Assembly (NCBI GenBank): GCA_012797175.1
Contig: JAAZPQ010000050.1
Location: 2,924-66,923 of the forward strand
Direction: 5' to 3'
Source: Bacillota bacterium
GTDB taxonomy: Bacteria > Bacillota > Dethiobacteria > DTU022
Length of the DNA: 64,000 nucleotides
Below are positions 40,371 through 50,775 of the stretch, piece after piece. The position numbers and the translations under genes were made by a program. The first letter of the stretch is position 1. The number at the start of each line of letters is the position of its first letter. The notes under the pieces were generated by a model, which did not search any database, had not been told where the DNA came from, and was given only the letters and a program-made list of their open reading frames with translations.

Positions 40371-41774
40371 ATGAGGTCCTGGAAAATCCGGCTGCGGCCG
40401 GCGGCGCTAGGGGAAAAGCTGCAGCGTGCTTACCGTTACAGTGAACTAAGAAAACTGCAGCTGTGGTTTAAGGGGAAAACTTTGCATTGGGCAGTTTACC
40501 TGGCGTCGGCTTTAGTCTTGGTTGGAGCGGCTATGACCCTGCATCACTATTACTCGTGCTTCTTTTACGTCGTGAGCGTGGAAGGGCAAGAGGTAGGCCT
40601 GGTGCGTGAAGCCGCGGAGATTGAGCAATTTCTGGATGGGTTGTATGAAAAGGGCAGCGCTTTCTACGGAATGCCCGTGGAGCCGGAACAGGAAATTACA
40701 ATAGAACGCGAATTTCGCTCTTACGGGGAAGAAGATACTGTTGCCGTGAAAGAGGCTCTTCGCCAGCAGATTAACTTGATGACCGATGCCGTCATGCTGA
40801 CTGTAGATCAAGCTCCGGTAATTCCCTTAATGTCGGAAGACGAGGTTAATGAGGTCATTGATCTGTTAAGCAACTCTTTTATCAGCCAGGCAGATAATGT
40901 GAAGCTGCTAGAGATAACCCTGCTTGAGGAGGTTGCCGGTGTGCCGTGTTGCGTTCCCCCGGAAGCGATCTGTACCCCGGAGGAAGTTGCTTCATTTTTG
41001 CTGGACGGCGAGGATCCCGGCGAAGGCCGGTTGCTCCTGGCCAGCCGGCATGGGGAGTTCTTACATGATGATGACCTGGAAGCGGAAGAGGTACGGCCCA
41101 CGGTGCATGTACAGACTGTGGAAGAGGTCAAAACAGTAGAAAAAATCCCCTTTACGACCAGTTACAGATACAACAATCGGATGTGGCATACACAGAGCCG
41201 GGTAGCTGTCCCGGGAGAAGTGGGGAAGAAAGAAATTACCTACCATGTTACCTTCGAAAATGGCCGGGAAATTGCCAGTCGGAAAGTAAGTGAAAGGGTC
41301 CTGGAGAAGCCGACTACAGAGGTGATCGAGAAGGGTACCGCCCGGGCGACCCCTTCGGTCGGCAGCGGCCGCTTTCTCTGGCCGGTGTCCGGCGGCAGAA
41401 TTAGTTCGGGTTACCGTACTGCCAGCAGGCCGGGACATATTGGCATTGATATTATCCACCCTGCGGGCAGGGGGACCCCGATACAGGCTGCGGACAGCGG
41501 GGTCGTGGTGGAAACAGGATCCAGGGGAGGACTGGGTAAATATATCGTCATCTACCACGGCCGCTACTACACGGTCTATGCACACAATAGTGTGAACTAT
41601 GTCTCTTCAGGAGCCAAGGTCTCCCGGGGGCAGACCATCGCGGCGATGGGCAGTACCGGGAACGCTTCCGGGCCTCACCTTCATTTCGAAGTCCGCCGTA
41701 GCGACGGTTCAGGGGTCTGGGGACAATGGTATAAAAATGCGCCGGTTAATCCATTGAGCTTTTTTAGCCGGTAG
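40371..41774 (+). CDS. M23-family metallopeptidase, membrane-anchored (start at ATG 40371 after an AAGGAGG RBS)
   Basis: C-terminal LytM domain with HIGIDI and HLHFEV; N-terminal TM; the track ORF's 25-codon upstream extension has no RBS and covers the palindromes. Confidence 0.8.
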   Translation: MRSWKIRLRPAALGEKLQRAYRYSELRKLQLWFKGKTLHWAVYLASALVLVGAAMTLHHYYSCFFYVVSVEGQEVGLVREAAEIEQFLDGLYEKGSAFYGMPVEPEQEITIEREFRSYGEEDTVAVKEALRQQINLMTDAVMLTVDQAPVIPLMSEDEVNEVIDLLSNSFISQADNVKLLEITLLEEVAGVPCCVPPEAICTPEEVASFLLDGEDPGEGRLLLASRHGEFLHDDDLEAEEVRPTVHVQTVEEVKTVEKIPFTTSYRYNNRMWHTQSRVAVPGEVGKKEITYHVTFENGREIASRKVSERVLEKPTTEVIEKGTARATPSVGSGRFLWPVSGGRISSGYRTASRPGHIGIDIIHPAGRGTPIQAADSGVVVETGSRGGLGKYIVIYHGRYYTVYAHNSVNYVSSGAKVSRGQTIAAMGSTGNASGPHLHFEVRRSDGSGVWGQWYKNAPVNPLSFFSR

Positions 41775-41797
41775 CCTTATTTTTAACCTGGAGAGTA

Positions 41798-41833
41798 AAG
41801 GAGCCGCTTTTAATAAAAGCAGCTCCTTTTTTT
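41798..41833 (+). terminator. Rho-independent terminator after the M23 peptidase gene
   Basis: 14-bp stem (one mismatch) AAGGAGCCGCTTTT / AAAAGCAGCTCCTT followed by TTTTTTT. Confidence 0.7.
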
Positions 41834-41920
41834 GATATTGATGAAGTAAACGTTTTCAGCAGGGATTTAAAGCCTGAAAAACGAAATTGTGAGCTTAAGA
41901 TTATTTTAAGGAGCGATTAC

Positions 41921-42616
41921 TTGTCTGCCAAGATATTAGTAGTGGATGATGAACGGTCTATTGCTGAGATCTTAAAATATAACCTAGAGAAAGAAGGGTT
42001 TGAGGTCATACTAGCCTATGACGGCGAGGAGGCGCTGGAGCGCCTGGAGCAGGATAAACCGGACCTGATCTTACTTGATATTATGTTGCCGAAAAAGGAC
42101 GGTTTTGCAGTTTGTCGCGAGATCCGTGCACAAAAAGAGATTCCCATCATTATGCTAACCGCACGGGAAACAGAGGTGGATAAGGTCCTCGGCCTGGAGC
42201 TGGGCGCCGATGATTATGTGACCAAACCGTTCAGCGCCCGTGAAGTTACGGCCCGGGTAAAGGCGATTCTCAGGCGGACCCGGGCTTTTGTCGGAGAGGA
42301 GAAGAAACTGCTGCGTCACGGGGATCTTGTAGTGGACCTGGATGCAATACAGGTTTTTAACCGAGGGCGGCTCGTGGAGCTGACCCCTAAGGAGTTCTCC
42401 CTCCTCTCAGTCTTGATGCGTAGGCCGGGCCATGTTTTTGACCGGCAGCAACTTCTCAACCAGGCCTGGGGCTATGACTATTTTGGCGATGAGCGGACCG
42501 TTGATGTTACTATCAGGCGGCTACGGGAGAAGCTGGAGTTAAATCCATCCGAGCCGGAATATATTCATACCAAAAGGGGTGTCGGCTATTATTTCAAGCA
42601 GAAGGAGCAGCTTTAA
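41921..42616 (+). CDS. walR: OmpR-family response regulator WalR/YycF-like (TTG start)
   Basis: 231 aa; strong resemblance to B. subtilis WalR (ILVVDDE...LLDIMLP.KDG..VCREIR....IPIIMLTA......DKVLGLELGADDYVTKPFS.RE); followed by WalK-like HK plus YycH/YycI-like genes. Confidence 0.8.
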   Translation: MSAKILVVDDERSIAEILKYNLEKEGFEVILAYDGEEALERLEQDKPDLILLDIMLPKKDGFAVCREIRAQKEIPIIMLTARETEVDKVLGLELGADDYVTKPFSAREVTARVKAILRRTRAFVGEEKKLLRHGDLVVDLDAIQVFNRGRLVELTPKEFSLLSVLMRRPGHVFDRQQLLNQAWGYDYFGDERTVDVTIRRLREKLELNPSEPEYIHTKRGVGYYFKQKEQL

Positions 42617-44417
42617 CAGCCTGCAATGGAAAATCGTGCTTGTTTATTCCCTGCTTCTGCTTTTTACTCTGCAGTTAATTAGTGTCTATCTGGTGCAATC
42701 TCTGGAGCAGTACTATCTTCATAATTTTAAAACTAACTTGGAATATCAGGCCCGCCTGCTGGGTTCGTTTCTGGATCCTTTGCTTAAGGAGGGACATGAA
42801 TCTGCAGAAGATATTGCCCACCTGGTGCGGGAATTCAGTGGGCTGCGTGAAATGGAAATTGATGTTTTAGACCCCCACGCGCATATCATCGGCACTTCAA
42901 AAAACCAGTCCATGGTAGGCGGACGCCTGATCCGGGATGAGATTACCAGGGCCCTTACCGGCGAGTTAAGCGAGACCATTCGTTATGATCCCGCCAGTGA
43001 AGAGAGACGCTACTATCTTGCTTTTCCTCTGAAAGATGAGGGAGGGGTAAACGGAATCATTTATCTGAGCGGCTCCCTGAATAATGTGGATACAGTATTA
43101 AACCAGATCAAGCTAATTATGTTGAGCGGCTCCGGTTTTGCCCTGGCGGTAAGCTTTTTGCTGGGGATCATTCTGGCGAAGACGATTTCGACACCGATCC
43201 AGGAGGTGACTCGACAGGCCGGGTTGATGGCCCAGGGCGATTTTTCGCAAAAGATTAACGTAAAGTCGGCCGACGAGATTGGACGGCTGGGGGCAACCTT
43301 TAACCATCTTGCCGAACAGCTGGATCGGAATATCCAGGAGATCTCTTCTGGGAAAAGCAAAGTTGAAGCGATGATCAACCATATGAGCGACGGGGTGATT
43401 GCCCTTGATGGGAAGGGGCGGCTCATTCATATTAACCCGGCCGCACAGGGGTTTTTAAAAAAGCTTGTCGAAAAGATTCCCGGGCCGGGGTGCTCCGGTT
43501 TTCCCCTGCTGGATAAATTAATCGGAGCGGAGCCGCTGCGACAGTTTATGCACGAGCGTAAGCCGTTAACATTAGAAATTTCGCGAGAGAACCCGGCGGT
43601 AGCTTTAAAGATAACCCTGGCTCCGTTTAAGGAGGAAGAAGGGGGGGCAGACGGGACCTTGATGGTGCTTCATGATGTCACCGTGGAGCGGGAGTTGGTC
43701 AGGCGGCAGCAGGAGTTTGTGGCCGATGTCTCTCATGAATTGCGGACTCCTCTGACGGCGGTAAAAAGTTATGTCGAAACGCTGCTCGATGGTGCTGCAG
43801 CAGATCCTGCAGTCTGCCACCGTTTCTTAAATGTGCTTAAGCGGGAAACCGATCGGATGGTCGATCTGGTCAGGGATCTGCTGGTTCTGTCCCAGCTCGA
43901 CTATAGCCAGGTCGAGTTACATAAAACAAAGGTCGAGCTGGTCGAGCTGGTTAATGATGCAATGGAGCAATTACAGCAGAAGGCCGGGTCGAGGCTTTCT
44001 GAAATAGAGTTAGCCATACCACCGGCGCTTCCCCCGGTGTGGGTGGACCGGGAGAAGATCATGCGCGTTTTTTTAAATCTACTAAATAATGCGCTTAAGT
44101 ATACCCCCGCAGGCGGTAAAATTAAGATCAGTGCGGTGCAGGCGGAAGAGAACGGTTGGCTGAAGGTGCTTGTTGAAGATAACGGGCCGGGAATTCCTGC
44201 GGCAGATCTGGAGAGAATATTCGAGCGTTTTTACCGGGTGGAGAAAACCCGTAGCCGGGATTACGGCGGGACCGGTCTTGGACTGCCCATTGCCCGCCGG
44301 GTTATTGAAGCCCACGGCGGCCAGATCGGGTTGGAAAGCATCGTGGGAGAAGGAACCAGGGCCTGGTTTACCCTGCCTGTCGCGGTCATGAAGAAGGGAG
44401 GAGAGGCTGGTGAGTGA
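42579..44417 (+). CDS. walK: Sensor histidine kinase WalK/YycG-like (GTG start, 38-nt overlap with walR; start uncertain)
   Basis: 612 aa; TM1, extracytoplasmic domain, TM2, HAMP, PAS, HisKA (VSHELRTPLTAVKSY), HATPase_c (G-boxes GTGLGL). Confidence 0.8.
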   Translation: MSAIISSRRSSFNSLQWKIVLVYSLLLLFTLQLISVYLVQSLEQYYLHNFKTNLEYQARLLGSFLDPLLKEGHESAEDIAHLVREFSGLREMEIDVLDPHAHIIGTSKNQSMVGGRLIRDEITRALTGELSETIRYDPASEERRYYLAFPLKDEGGVNGIIYLSGSLNNVDTVLNQIKLIMLSGSGFALAVSFLLGIILAKTISTPIQEVTRQAGLMAQGDFSQKINVKSADEIGRLGATFNHLAEQLDRNIQEISSGKSKVEAMINHMSDGVIALDGKGRLIHINPAAQGFLKKLVEKIPGPGCSGFPLLDKLIGAEPLRQFMHERKPLTLEISRENPAVALKITLAPFKEEEGGADGTLMVLHDVTVERELVRRQQEFVADVSHELRTPLTAVKSYVETLLDGAAADPAVCHRFLNVLKRETDRMVDLVRDLLVLSQLDYSQVELHKTKVELVELVNDAMEQLQQKAGSRLSEIELAIPPALPPVWVDREKIMRVFLNLLNNALKYTPAGGKIKISAVQAEENGWLKVLVEDNGPGIPAADLERIFERFYRVEKTRSRDYGGTGLGLPIARRVIEAHGGQIGLESIVGEGTRAWFTLPVAVMKKGGEAGE

Positions 44418-45729
44418 GCGGGCCAAAAGTGTATTGCTCTTTTTACTGGTGCTCCTCAGCATTCTCCTGACCTGCCAGCTCTGGTTTGGACGGCAAACGG
44501 CGGAAGAAGTCGCGGAAAACGGTTATGAGCCGGTCTACTTTGAAGAGCCGCGGCCGCTGGCACAGATGATTCTTCCTGAACGGATCTCTATCTATGGCGA
44601 TGGGCAATGCTACCGGGTCCGCCCGGGTGATCCCGATTTCAACCTGTTTTGGGGAGCACTCTCTGGCATGTTGCAGGAGATCTCCGAGCCGGGGCACTAT
44701 TATTACGGGGAGAGTTTGCCACAAGAGGCCGAGCTCTGCCTCTCCCTGCAGTTTAAACCGTTCCTGCCGTTGGGCCCGGAGAGCGTCTGGTTGAAAAGCA
44801 GGCGCAGCGGAGAGCTGGCCGGGATGCAGATTTGGCGGTCGGCTGACCGCTGCTGGGCCGTTCTGGAAGTAAACGAGAGCGCGGCCGAGCTGTTACTGCT
44901 CCCGCCCCAATGGGGAGCGCAGCTGGCCGGACTCCATGATCAGTTTGTTCCCGCAGCAAATCAGCTTTGTGAAGAGCTTGCGCCGGGGGAGTTGAAGCTT
45001 TCCCGGGGAGCCGCGGTCACCGTAACTGCCCCCATTTACGTACCTGCGGGAGAACCGGTTATCGATGAGCTGGTCTTAAAACCGGAGTTGCTCGACCGGG
45101 AGCTGCTTCTGAAGACTTTTTTTATCAATCGCAACCTGGTTCGCGAGATTAAAGAAAGAGATGGTGGGTTGATCTACACCGATGGTGAACAGGGGATGCG
45201 CCTTGGAAACGGACTTGATTATTCCCATCCCCGCCTCGAGCAAAAACCGGTTAACCTTTCTTATACTGCGGCCTTGTTGACTGCGGGCAAATTGCTTGGT
45301 TATCATGGGGGTTGGCCCGGGAATCTGCGTCTGGTAAGTCTGCACCCGGAAGATGAAGACGAAGATTCGCCCAAGGGACTTTACCGGGCGCAGTGGTACA
45401 GCTACTTCGAAGGTTATCCCCTACTAGGGGATAGCGGTGTAGTGATGAGCTACTATCATGGCGGCTTAATGAGCTATCGGCGCAGCTTATATGAGCTGCA
45501 TTATACCTCCGGCAATAAAGTGCCGGTAAGCGATTTTCAAGAAGCGCTAAAGGCGGCGGTGATGATACTGGCAGACGAAGGAGTGGAGCAGTTCACGCTT
45601 GAGGAGATGGATCTGGCCTATTACTTTACCGGAATGCGGGCCATTCCGGTTTGGCTGATCCGCCTTAACGGACGGGAGCTCATCCTGAAAGCAGTTGAAC
45701 TTATTCCGCCGGAAGGGTGGGAACCGTGA
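44410..45729 (+). CDS. yycH: YycH-like WalK regulatory protein (GTG start)
   Basis: 439 aa; N-terminus KSVLLFLLVLLSILLTCQLW resembles B. subtilis YycH N-terminal TM; size and position match. Confidence 0.6.
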   Translation: MSERAKSVLLFLLVLLSILLTCQLWFGRQTAEEVAENGYEPVYFEEPRPLAQMILPERISIYGDGQCYRVRPGDPDFNLFWGALSGMLQEISEPGHYYYGESLPQEAELCLSLQFKPFLPLGPESVWLKSRRSGELAGMQIWRSADRCWAVLEVNESAAELLLLPPQWGAQLAGLHDQFVPAANQLCEELAPGELKLSRGAAVTVTAPIYVPAGEPVIDELVLKPELLDRELLLKTFFINRNLVREIKERDGGLIYTDGEQGMRLGNGLDYSHPRLEQKPVNLSYTAALLTAGKLLGYHGGWPGNLRLVSLHPEDEDEDSPKGLYRAQWYSYFEGYPLLGDSGVVMSYYHGGLMSYRRSLYELHYTSGNKVPVSDFQEALKAAVMILADEGVEQFTLEEMDLAYYFTGMRAIPVWLIRLNGRELILKAVELIPPEGWEP

Positions 45730-46595
45730 ACTTAAGCCGGGCGAAGACGATTCTAATCTATGCTTTTTTAGGATTAAACCTTTTCCTCTGCTTTCAACTC
45801 TTTGGGGAGGAGCTGCTTAACCCGCTCCGGGTGAGGGTTTCCAGAAACGAGTGGCGTTATGTCGAAGAGCAGCTTGCCAACAACGGCTATATACTGGAGA
45901 CAAAAGTGGATCGTTCCGTCAGGAAAAGCGCCTTTTTGACGGTGTCTCCTTCAGCGACAGTTAAAGAGACCGTCCGGAAACACTTTAATATTCCGGCGAC
46001 ATTCACGACCGGTCCTGGAGAAGTGCATCTTTATATGGGCCGAGAGGCGCAGTTAAGAGTCTATCCGGGCGGGTTGCTCCGGGTTGATCTGACACCGGGA
46101 TTTCCCCTCTTGCAGGAGAGAGCTGTTGCCGATGAAACGGTACTGGTTTCACTAACCGAGCGCTATTTACAGGAGAACGGGCTAGCTCTGGCAGAGATTC
46201 GTTTTGATCACCTGGTCCGTTCAGGTAAAAAAACAGTTTTGCACTATGTGCAAATATTTGAGGGCATGCCTCTGTTTAGCGGTTATCTAAAGGCGATTCT
46301 GGAAAATAATACTCTTATGGCGGTAGAGATCTACCTGCTTGAGCCGGAAACCCCGCTTGAGGAACGGGAAATGGAGGTAATTCCGGCCGCTAGGGCTTTG
46401 TTACGATTAACCGAGCTGTTAGGTCCCAGTGCGCCCCCTCGACGAATTGTGAAAGCCGATCTCGGTTTTTACAGCCGCGAGTATGATGCGGAGAAGTGGG
46501 AGATGCCCCCGGTATGGCGTTTTCTGTTTGATAACGGAGAGAGTTGCTTTATCAATGCTTTTACAGGCAACCTGGAGCCGGAAACTTCTAACTGA
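45717..46595 (+). CDS. yycI: YycI-like WalK regulatory protein
   Basis: 292 aa; N-terminal TM KTILIYAFLGLNLFLCFQ; size and position match YycI. Confidence 0.55.
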   Translation: MGTVNLSRAKTILIYAFLGLNLFLCFQLFGEELLNPLRVRVSRNEWRYVEEQLANNGYILETKVDRSVRKSAFLTVSPSATVKETVRKHFNIPATFTTGPGEVHLYMGREAQLRVYPGGLLRVDLTPGFPLLQERAVADETVLVSLTERYLQENGLALAEIRFDHLVRSGKKTVLHYVQIFEGMPLFSGYLKAILENNTLMAVEIYLLEPETPLEEREMEVIPAARALLRLTELLGPSAPPRRIVKADLGFYSREYDAEKWEMPPVWRFLFDNGESCFINAFTGNLEPETSN

Positions 46596-47899
46596 TGGGA
46601 GAAGATAAAGTGGAGAAAATTGTGGTACGCGGAGGAAAAAAACCTTGTGGCCGGGTTAAAATCAGCGGGTCCAAAAATGCAGCCCTGGCTATCCTACCGG
46701 CAGTCCTGCTGGCCTCAGAGAAGGTTTCGTTAAGCAATGTCCCCGATATTGCCGACGTGCGGACGATGCTGAGTATACTTGAAGACTTAGGATTGACTAT
46801 CCGCCGTCGGGGACGCAATACCCTTGAATTTTATCCCTCTCGACTGCGTGGCTATACGCCTCCCTATAACCTGGTGCAGAAAATGCGGGCCTCGTCTTAC
46901 CTCATGGGAAGCTTGCTGGCCCGTTTCGGAAGGGCGACGGTCCCTATTCCTGGTGGCTGCAACCTGGGGCCGCGGCCCATTGATCAGCATCTCAAGGGAT
47001 TTACCGCTCTGGGGGCTACTTGCCAGATCGAACACGGCTTGATTAAGCTGGCTGCCGAAAAGCTAACCGGAGCACATATCTACCTGGATGTGGTCAGCGT
47101 TGGGGCCACGGTTAATCTGATGCTGGCGGCCGTGGCAGCGGAGGGGCGGACCGTGCTGGAAAATGCAGCCAAGGAGCCGGAGATTGTTGATCTGGCTAAC
47201 TTTTTAAATGCCATGGGGGCGGTTATAAAGGGTGCCGGGACCGATGTGATTAAGATCGACGGAGTTAAGAATTTCGGTGGCGTAGAACATGTGATCATCC
47301 CCGACCGGATAGAAGCAGGCACCTTTATGATTACCGCTGCGGCAACGGGCGGTGAAATCGTGGTTGAAGAGGTTATCCCGAAACACCTGGAGGCGGTTAC
47401 AGCCAAGCTGAGAGAGACCGGCGCTGAAGTGGAGGTGGAGCCTGAACAGATCAGGGTTCACCGGAACGGGCCCTTGGTTCCATCTGACTTAAAAACATTT
47501 CCATACCCCGGATTCCCCACCGATCTACAGCCTCTGGGGATGGTTTTGCTTACCGCAGCCAGGGGAACCAGCATTGTTACGGAAAATGTTTTTGACGGTC
47601 GCTTCCGGCATGTGGACGAACTTAAGAGAATGGGTGCACAGATTAAGGTAGATGGACGCACCGCGGTGATCGATGGTGGGGTGCCTCTTTCCGGGGCACC
47701 GGTGTCGGCAACCGATCTGCGGGCCGGCGTCGCGCTTTTGGTGGCCGGGTTGATGGCGGAAGGGGAGACGGTGCTCAGCGAAGTAGACCATATCGATCGA
47801 GGCTATGAAAACATAGAAGAAAAACTGGCCTCCCTGGGAGTGCAGATTAAACGGCTGCAAATCCGGGATTCCGCTAAGATGGCTGGCGATCCGGGCTGA
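46595..47899 (+). CDS. murA: UDP-N-acetylglucosamine 1-carboxyvinyltransferase
   Basis: 434 aa; N-terminus VRGGK..G.VKISGSKNAALAILPA; catalytic Cys in PGGCNLGPRPID. Confidence 0.9.
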   Translation: MGEDKVEKIVVRGGKKPCGRVKISGSKNAALAILPAVLLASEKVSLSNVPDIADVRTMLSILEDLGLTIRRRGRNTLEFYPSRLRGYTPPYNLVQKMRASSYLMGSLLARFGRATVPIPGGCNLGPRPIDQHLKGFTALGATCQIEHGLIKLAAEKLTGAHIYLDVVSVGATVNLMLAAVAAEGRTVLENAAKEPEIVDLANFLNAMGAVIKGAGTDVIKIDGVKNFGGVEHVIIPDRIEAGTFMITAAATGGEIVVEEVIPKHLEAVTAKLRETGAEVEVEPEQIRVHRNGPLVPSDLKTFPYPGFPTDLQPLGMVLLTAARGTSIVTENVFDGRFRHVDELKRMGAQIKVDGRTAVIDGGVPLSGAPVSATDLRAGVALLVAGLMAEGETVLSEVDHIDRGYENIEEKLASLGVQIKRLQIRDSAKMAGDPG

Positions 47900-47900
47900 G

Positions 47901-48515
47901 ATGGAGCTCTGGCTGGTCCGTCACGGGAGAACCTCCGCCAACGAGGAGGGGCGATTCCAGGGGCGGCTTGATGTTCCTTTGAATGGAGAGGGGCGTCGCG
48001 AAGCGGTGCTCTTATCCTATCGCTTGGCCGGTGCTGGCGAATTCGGGCTGCTCTTAAGCAGTGATCAACAGCGGGCCTGGGAAACCGCAGAGATTATTTC
48101 CCGGGGAATTAAACTGACGCCACTTCAGGAACCGCTATTACGAGAATGTTCCTGGGGGTACGTTGAAGGGCTCCGGCGTAGCGAAGTTGAGGCGGCTTAC
48201 CCTTTTCTTTTTTATCCCGGGAGCGGCAGGTTAAGGGCTCTTCGCTGCGGCGGAGAGGGAGAGCGAAGGCTGCTGGCCCGCACACGGGCCTTACGGCGGA
48301 AGATTAACCGTAAACACGGAAGCTTTCGCCGGATTCTCCTGGTCAGCCACGGCCGGCTGATTAATGCTTTTATCTCCGGCGGCCTCGGGTTATCCTCCAG
48401 GCAGAAGTGGCCCTATGCTCCTGCACCTGCTTCACTTTCCATAGTCCGGTATGATCCCGCCAGCGGGCTTTGCCGCCTGCTTTTGTATAACGATACCAGC
48501 CATCTTCATGTTTAA
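47901..48515 (+). CDS. Histidine phosphatase family protein (phosphoglycerate mutase-like)
   Basis: 204 aa; RHG motif LVRHGRTSANEEGRFQG; second His in SHG. Confidence 0.75.
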   Translation: MELWLVRHGRTSANEEGRFQGRLDVPLNGEGRREAVLLSYRLAGAGEFGLLLSSDQQRAWETAEIISRGIKLTPLQEPLLRECSWGYVEGLRRSEVEAAYPFLFYPGSGRLRALRCGGEGERRLLARTRALRRKINRKHGSFRRILLVSHGRLINAFISGGLGLSSRQKWPYAPAPASLSIVRYDPASGLCRLLLYNDTSHLHV

Positions 48516-48574
48516 GAAATCCTTTACTGAACCGTGCGGTTTAAGTAAACTTAAAGATAAAGGAGGCGTGTGAT

Positions 48575-49714
48575 ATGGACTTAGAAAATAACCAGGGTTC
48601 TCATGCCCGGCATTTTCGCCGCGTCGCTCCGGCATGGACTTTATTTGTGGTCGGGCTCTGTGGGGTCCTGGCTGGCGGACTGCTCGTTTACTTTATCTTA
48701 GTTAATGGCAATCGCTTAGCCGACCCGGGTGATCTGCTCGAAGAGGAGCTGCCGCCCGCGAAAGAACGGCAAACGCCGCTCCAGCCGCCCAAAGATGACC
48801 TGGCCATTGTGGAGGTGGTTGATCGGGTTATGCCGGCGGTGGTAGCGGTAAACAGCTATGTCCCCGGTTCGTATTTTGGCCGGAACGTGCTTGTACAGAG
48901 CGGCAGCGGTTCGGGGGCCGTTATTTCAGAAGATGGTTATATTGTCACGAACCAGCATGTTATTGACGATGCCGCCCAGATTATGGTGGTTACCTCCGAT
49001 TCACGCAGCTTCGAAGCTACTGTGGTCGGAGAGGATCGTCTGACCGACCTGGCCCTTTTAAAAATTGAGCAGAGCGGCCTGACTTCTATTGTTCTGGGCA
49101 ACTCCGAAGATGTTCGGGTCGGCGAGACCGTGCTGGCAGCCGGAAATCCCCTGGGCTACCTGAAGCATACTGTTACCCGGGGGATTGTCAGTGCCCTGGA
49201 ACGCGAGGTCAGGGCGGCCCAAAGTCAGTATGCCTATACCTATATTCAAACCGATGCGGTGATCAATCCCGGCAACAGCGGCGGGCCCCTGGTTAACCTG
49301 CGTGGTGAAGTGGTCGGAATTAATTCGGCTAAGATTAGCGGTGCCGAGGGGATTGGCCTGGCCATACCTGCCAATACGGTTAAGCGTGTCACCAGCGACC
49401 TGAAAAAAGATGGGCGGGTTCGCCGTCCCCAGCTCGGCATTCTTATTCAGAACCTCTCGGCGTATACCGGAGATCCTACGGACCAGGGTGTCTATATCAG
49501 CAAGGTCGATTCGGGTAGCTCCGCGGCGAAAGGTGGTCTTAAGGCTGGCGATGTGATCACGGCTGTGGGTAAAAAAGAGGTCCGCTACATTGCCCAGCTT
49601 TTTGATGCCTTGTTAAGTTATTATCCGGGAGATAAGATTGAGTTGACCATTGAACGAAATGGCCACAGCCGGACTGTTACGGTCGTGCCTGAAGAAGCAA
49701 AGACAGAGCAATAA
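48575..49714 (+). CDS. HtrA/DegP-family serine protease (trypsin domain + PDZ), membrane-anchored
   Basis: 379 aa; N-terminal TM; catalytic triad contexts (TNQHVI, DLALLK, GNSGGPL); C-terminal PDZ. Confidence 0.8.
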   Translation: MDLENNQGSHARHFRRVAPAWTLFVVGLCGVLAGGLLVYFILVNGNRLADPGDLLEEELPPAKERQTPLQPPKDDLAIVEVVDRVMPAVVAVNSYVPGSYFGRNVLVQSGSGSGAVISEDGYIVTNQHVIDDAAQIMVVTSDSRSFEATVVGEDRLTDLALLKIEQSGLTSIVLGNSEDVRVGETVLAAGNPLGYLKHTVTRGIVSALEREVRAAQSQYAYTYIQTDAVINPGNSGGPLVNLRGEVVGINSAKISGAEGIGLAIPANTVKRVTSDLKKDGRVRRPQLGILIQNLSAYTGDPTDQGVYISKVDSGSSAAKGGLKAGDVITAVGKKEVRYIAQLFDALLSYYPGDKIELTIERNGHSRTVTVVPEEAKTEQ

Positions 49715-49750
49715 CCGGTGCCGCTGATTGGAGAAGAATGGAGGATTGAA

Positions 49751-50668
49751 TTGCACGTAATAGTAGTTTTTATTGACGGCGTTGGTTTGGGAGAGCCGTC
49801 TTTGGAGAACCCTTTTGTTTTTACTGAAACACCCTTTTTAAAAAAGCTGCTCCGGGGAAACCCGCTCACCAGGGAGACGAGTGGGTTTCACAATGAAGAG
49901 GCTACCTTATGGGCTCTTGATGCGCAGCTGGGTGTGTCTGGGTTACCGCAGAGCGCCACCGGTCAGGCGACGCTATTTACCGGGATAAATGCGCCCCGTC
50001 GCCTTGGTTATCACCTGAACGGCTTCCCGAATCAGCCCCTGCGCGAACTTCTGGCCGCGGAAGGGATCTTTGCCTCTCTCCGAGAAAAAGGATATCGCTG
50101 TACCTTTGTTAATGCCTACCGCCCTAAATTTTTTGAGAAGCTAAAACAGGGGCTTCCCGGGTCCCGTTATTCTTGTTCAACCCTGGTCACCTACTATGGA
50201 AAGCTTCCTTTTTATAATCTCGATGATTTAAAAGCCGGGAAAGCCCTCTACATGGATCTGACCAACGAGCTTTTAAACGAGATGGGCTTCTCCGTTATCG
50301 AAATAACCCCGGAGGAAGCCGGTAAAAGACTGGTTAAGATCGGGTCAAATTTCGACTTTACTTTGTTTGAATATTTTATCAGTGATTATGCCGGTCACCT
50401 GGCCGATCGGGAGAAGGCGAGCCGGGTGATTAGCAGACTGGATCGATTCCTGGGCGCGGCGGTGGAGCATTTTGAGCCGGGCGAGACACTGCTGATAATC
50501 ACCAGCGACCATGGCAATATGGAGGATCTTTCGCATGGCAATCATACCCTGAACCGGGTTCCGGCACTGTTAATCGGAGCCGAGAGCGTGCGGCGAAAGA
50601 TCACCCCCCTGCTTCGCGATCTCACCGATATCCTGCCGGCGATCCAGATAGCCCTTGCCGCGGGCTAG
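49751..50668 (+). CDS. Alkaline-phosphatase-superfamily metalloenzyme (cofactor-independent phosphoglycerate mutase-like); TTG 49751 after a GGAGG RBS, alternative start 49718
   Basis: Metal-binding N-terminus VVFIDGVGLG and TSDHGN motif near the C-terminus. Confidence 0.5.
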   Translation: MHVIVVFIDGVGLGEPSLENPFVFTETPFLKKLLRGNPLTRETSGFHNEEATLWALDAQLGVSGLPQSATGQATLFTGINAPRRLGYHLNGFPNQPLRELLAAEGIFASLREKGYRCTFVNAYRPKFFEKLKQGLPGSRYSCSTLVTYYGKLPFYNLDDLKAGKALYMDLTNELLNEMGFSVIEITPEEAGKRLVKIGSNFDFTLFEYFISDYAGHLADREKASRVISRLDRFLGAAVEHFEPGETLLIITSDHGNMEDLSHGNHTLNRVPALLIGAESVRRKITPLLRDLTDILPAIQIALAAG

Positions 50669-50775
50669 ATAAGGCGCTAATCGGGCCGATGGCCTCCCCC
50701 GGCCGCCCGGTGGGCTTAGAGGAAGCAGCCGGGACGGCTCTGCCCGGGTTCTTATTAGAAGAATGGAGTGAGCCT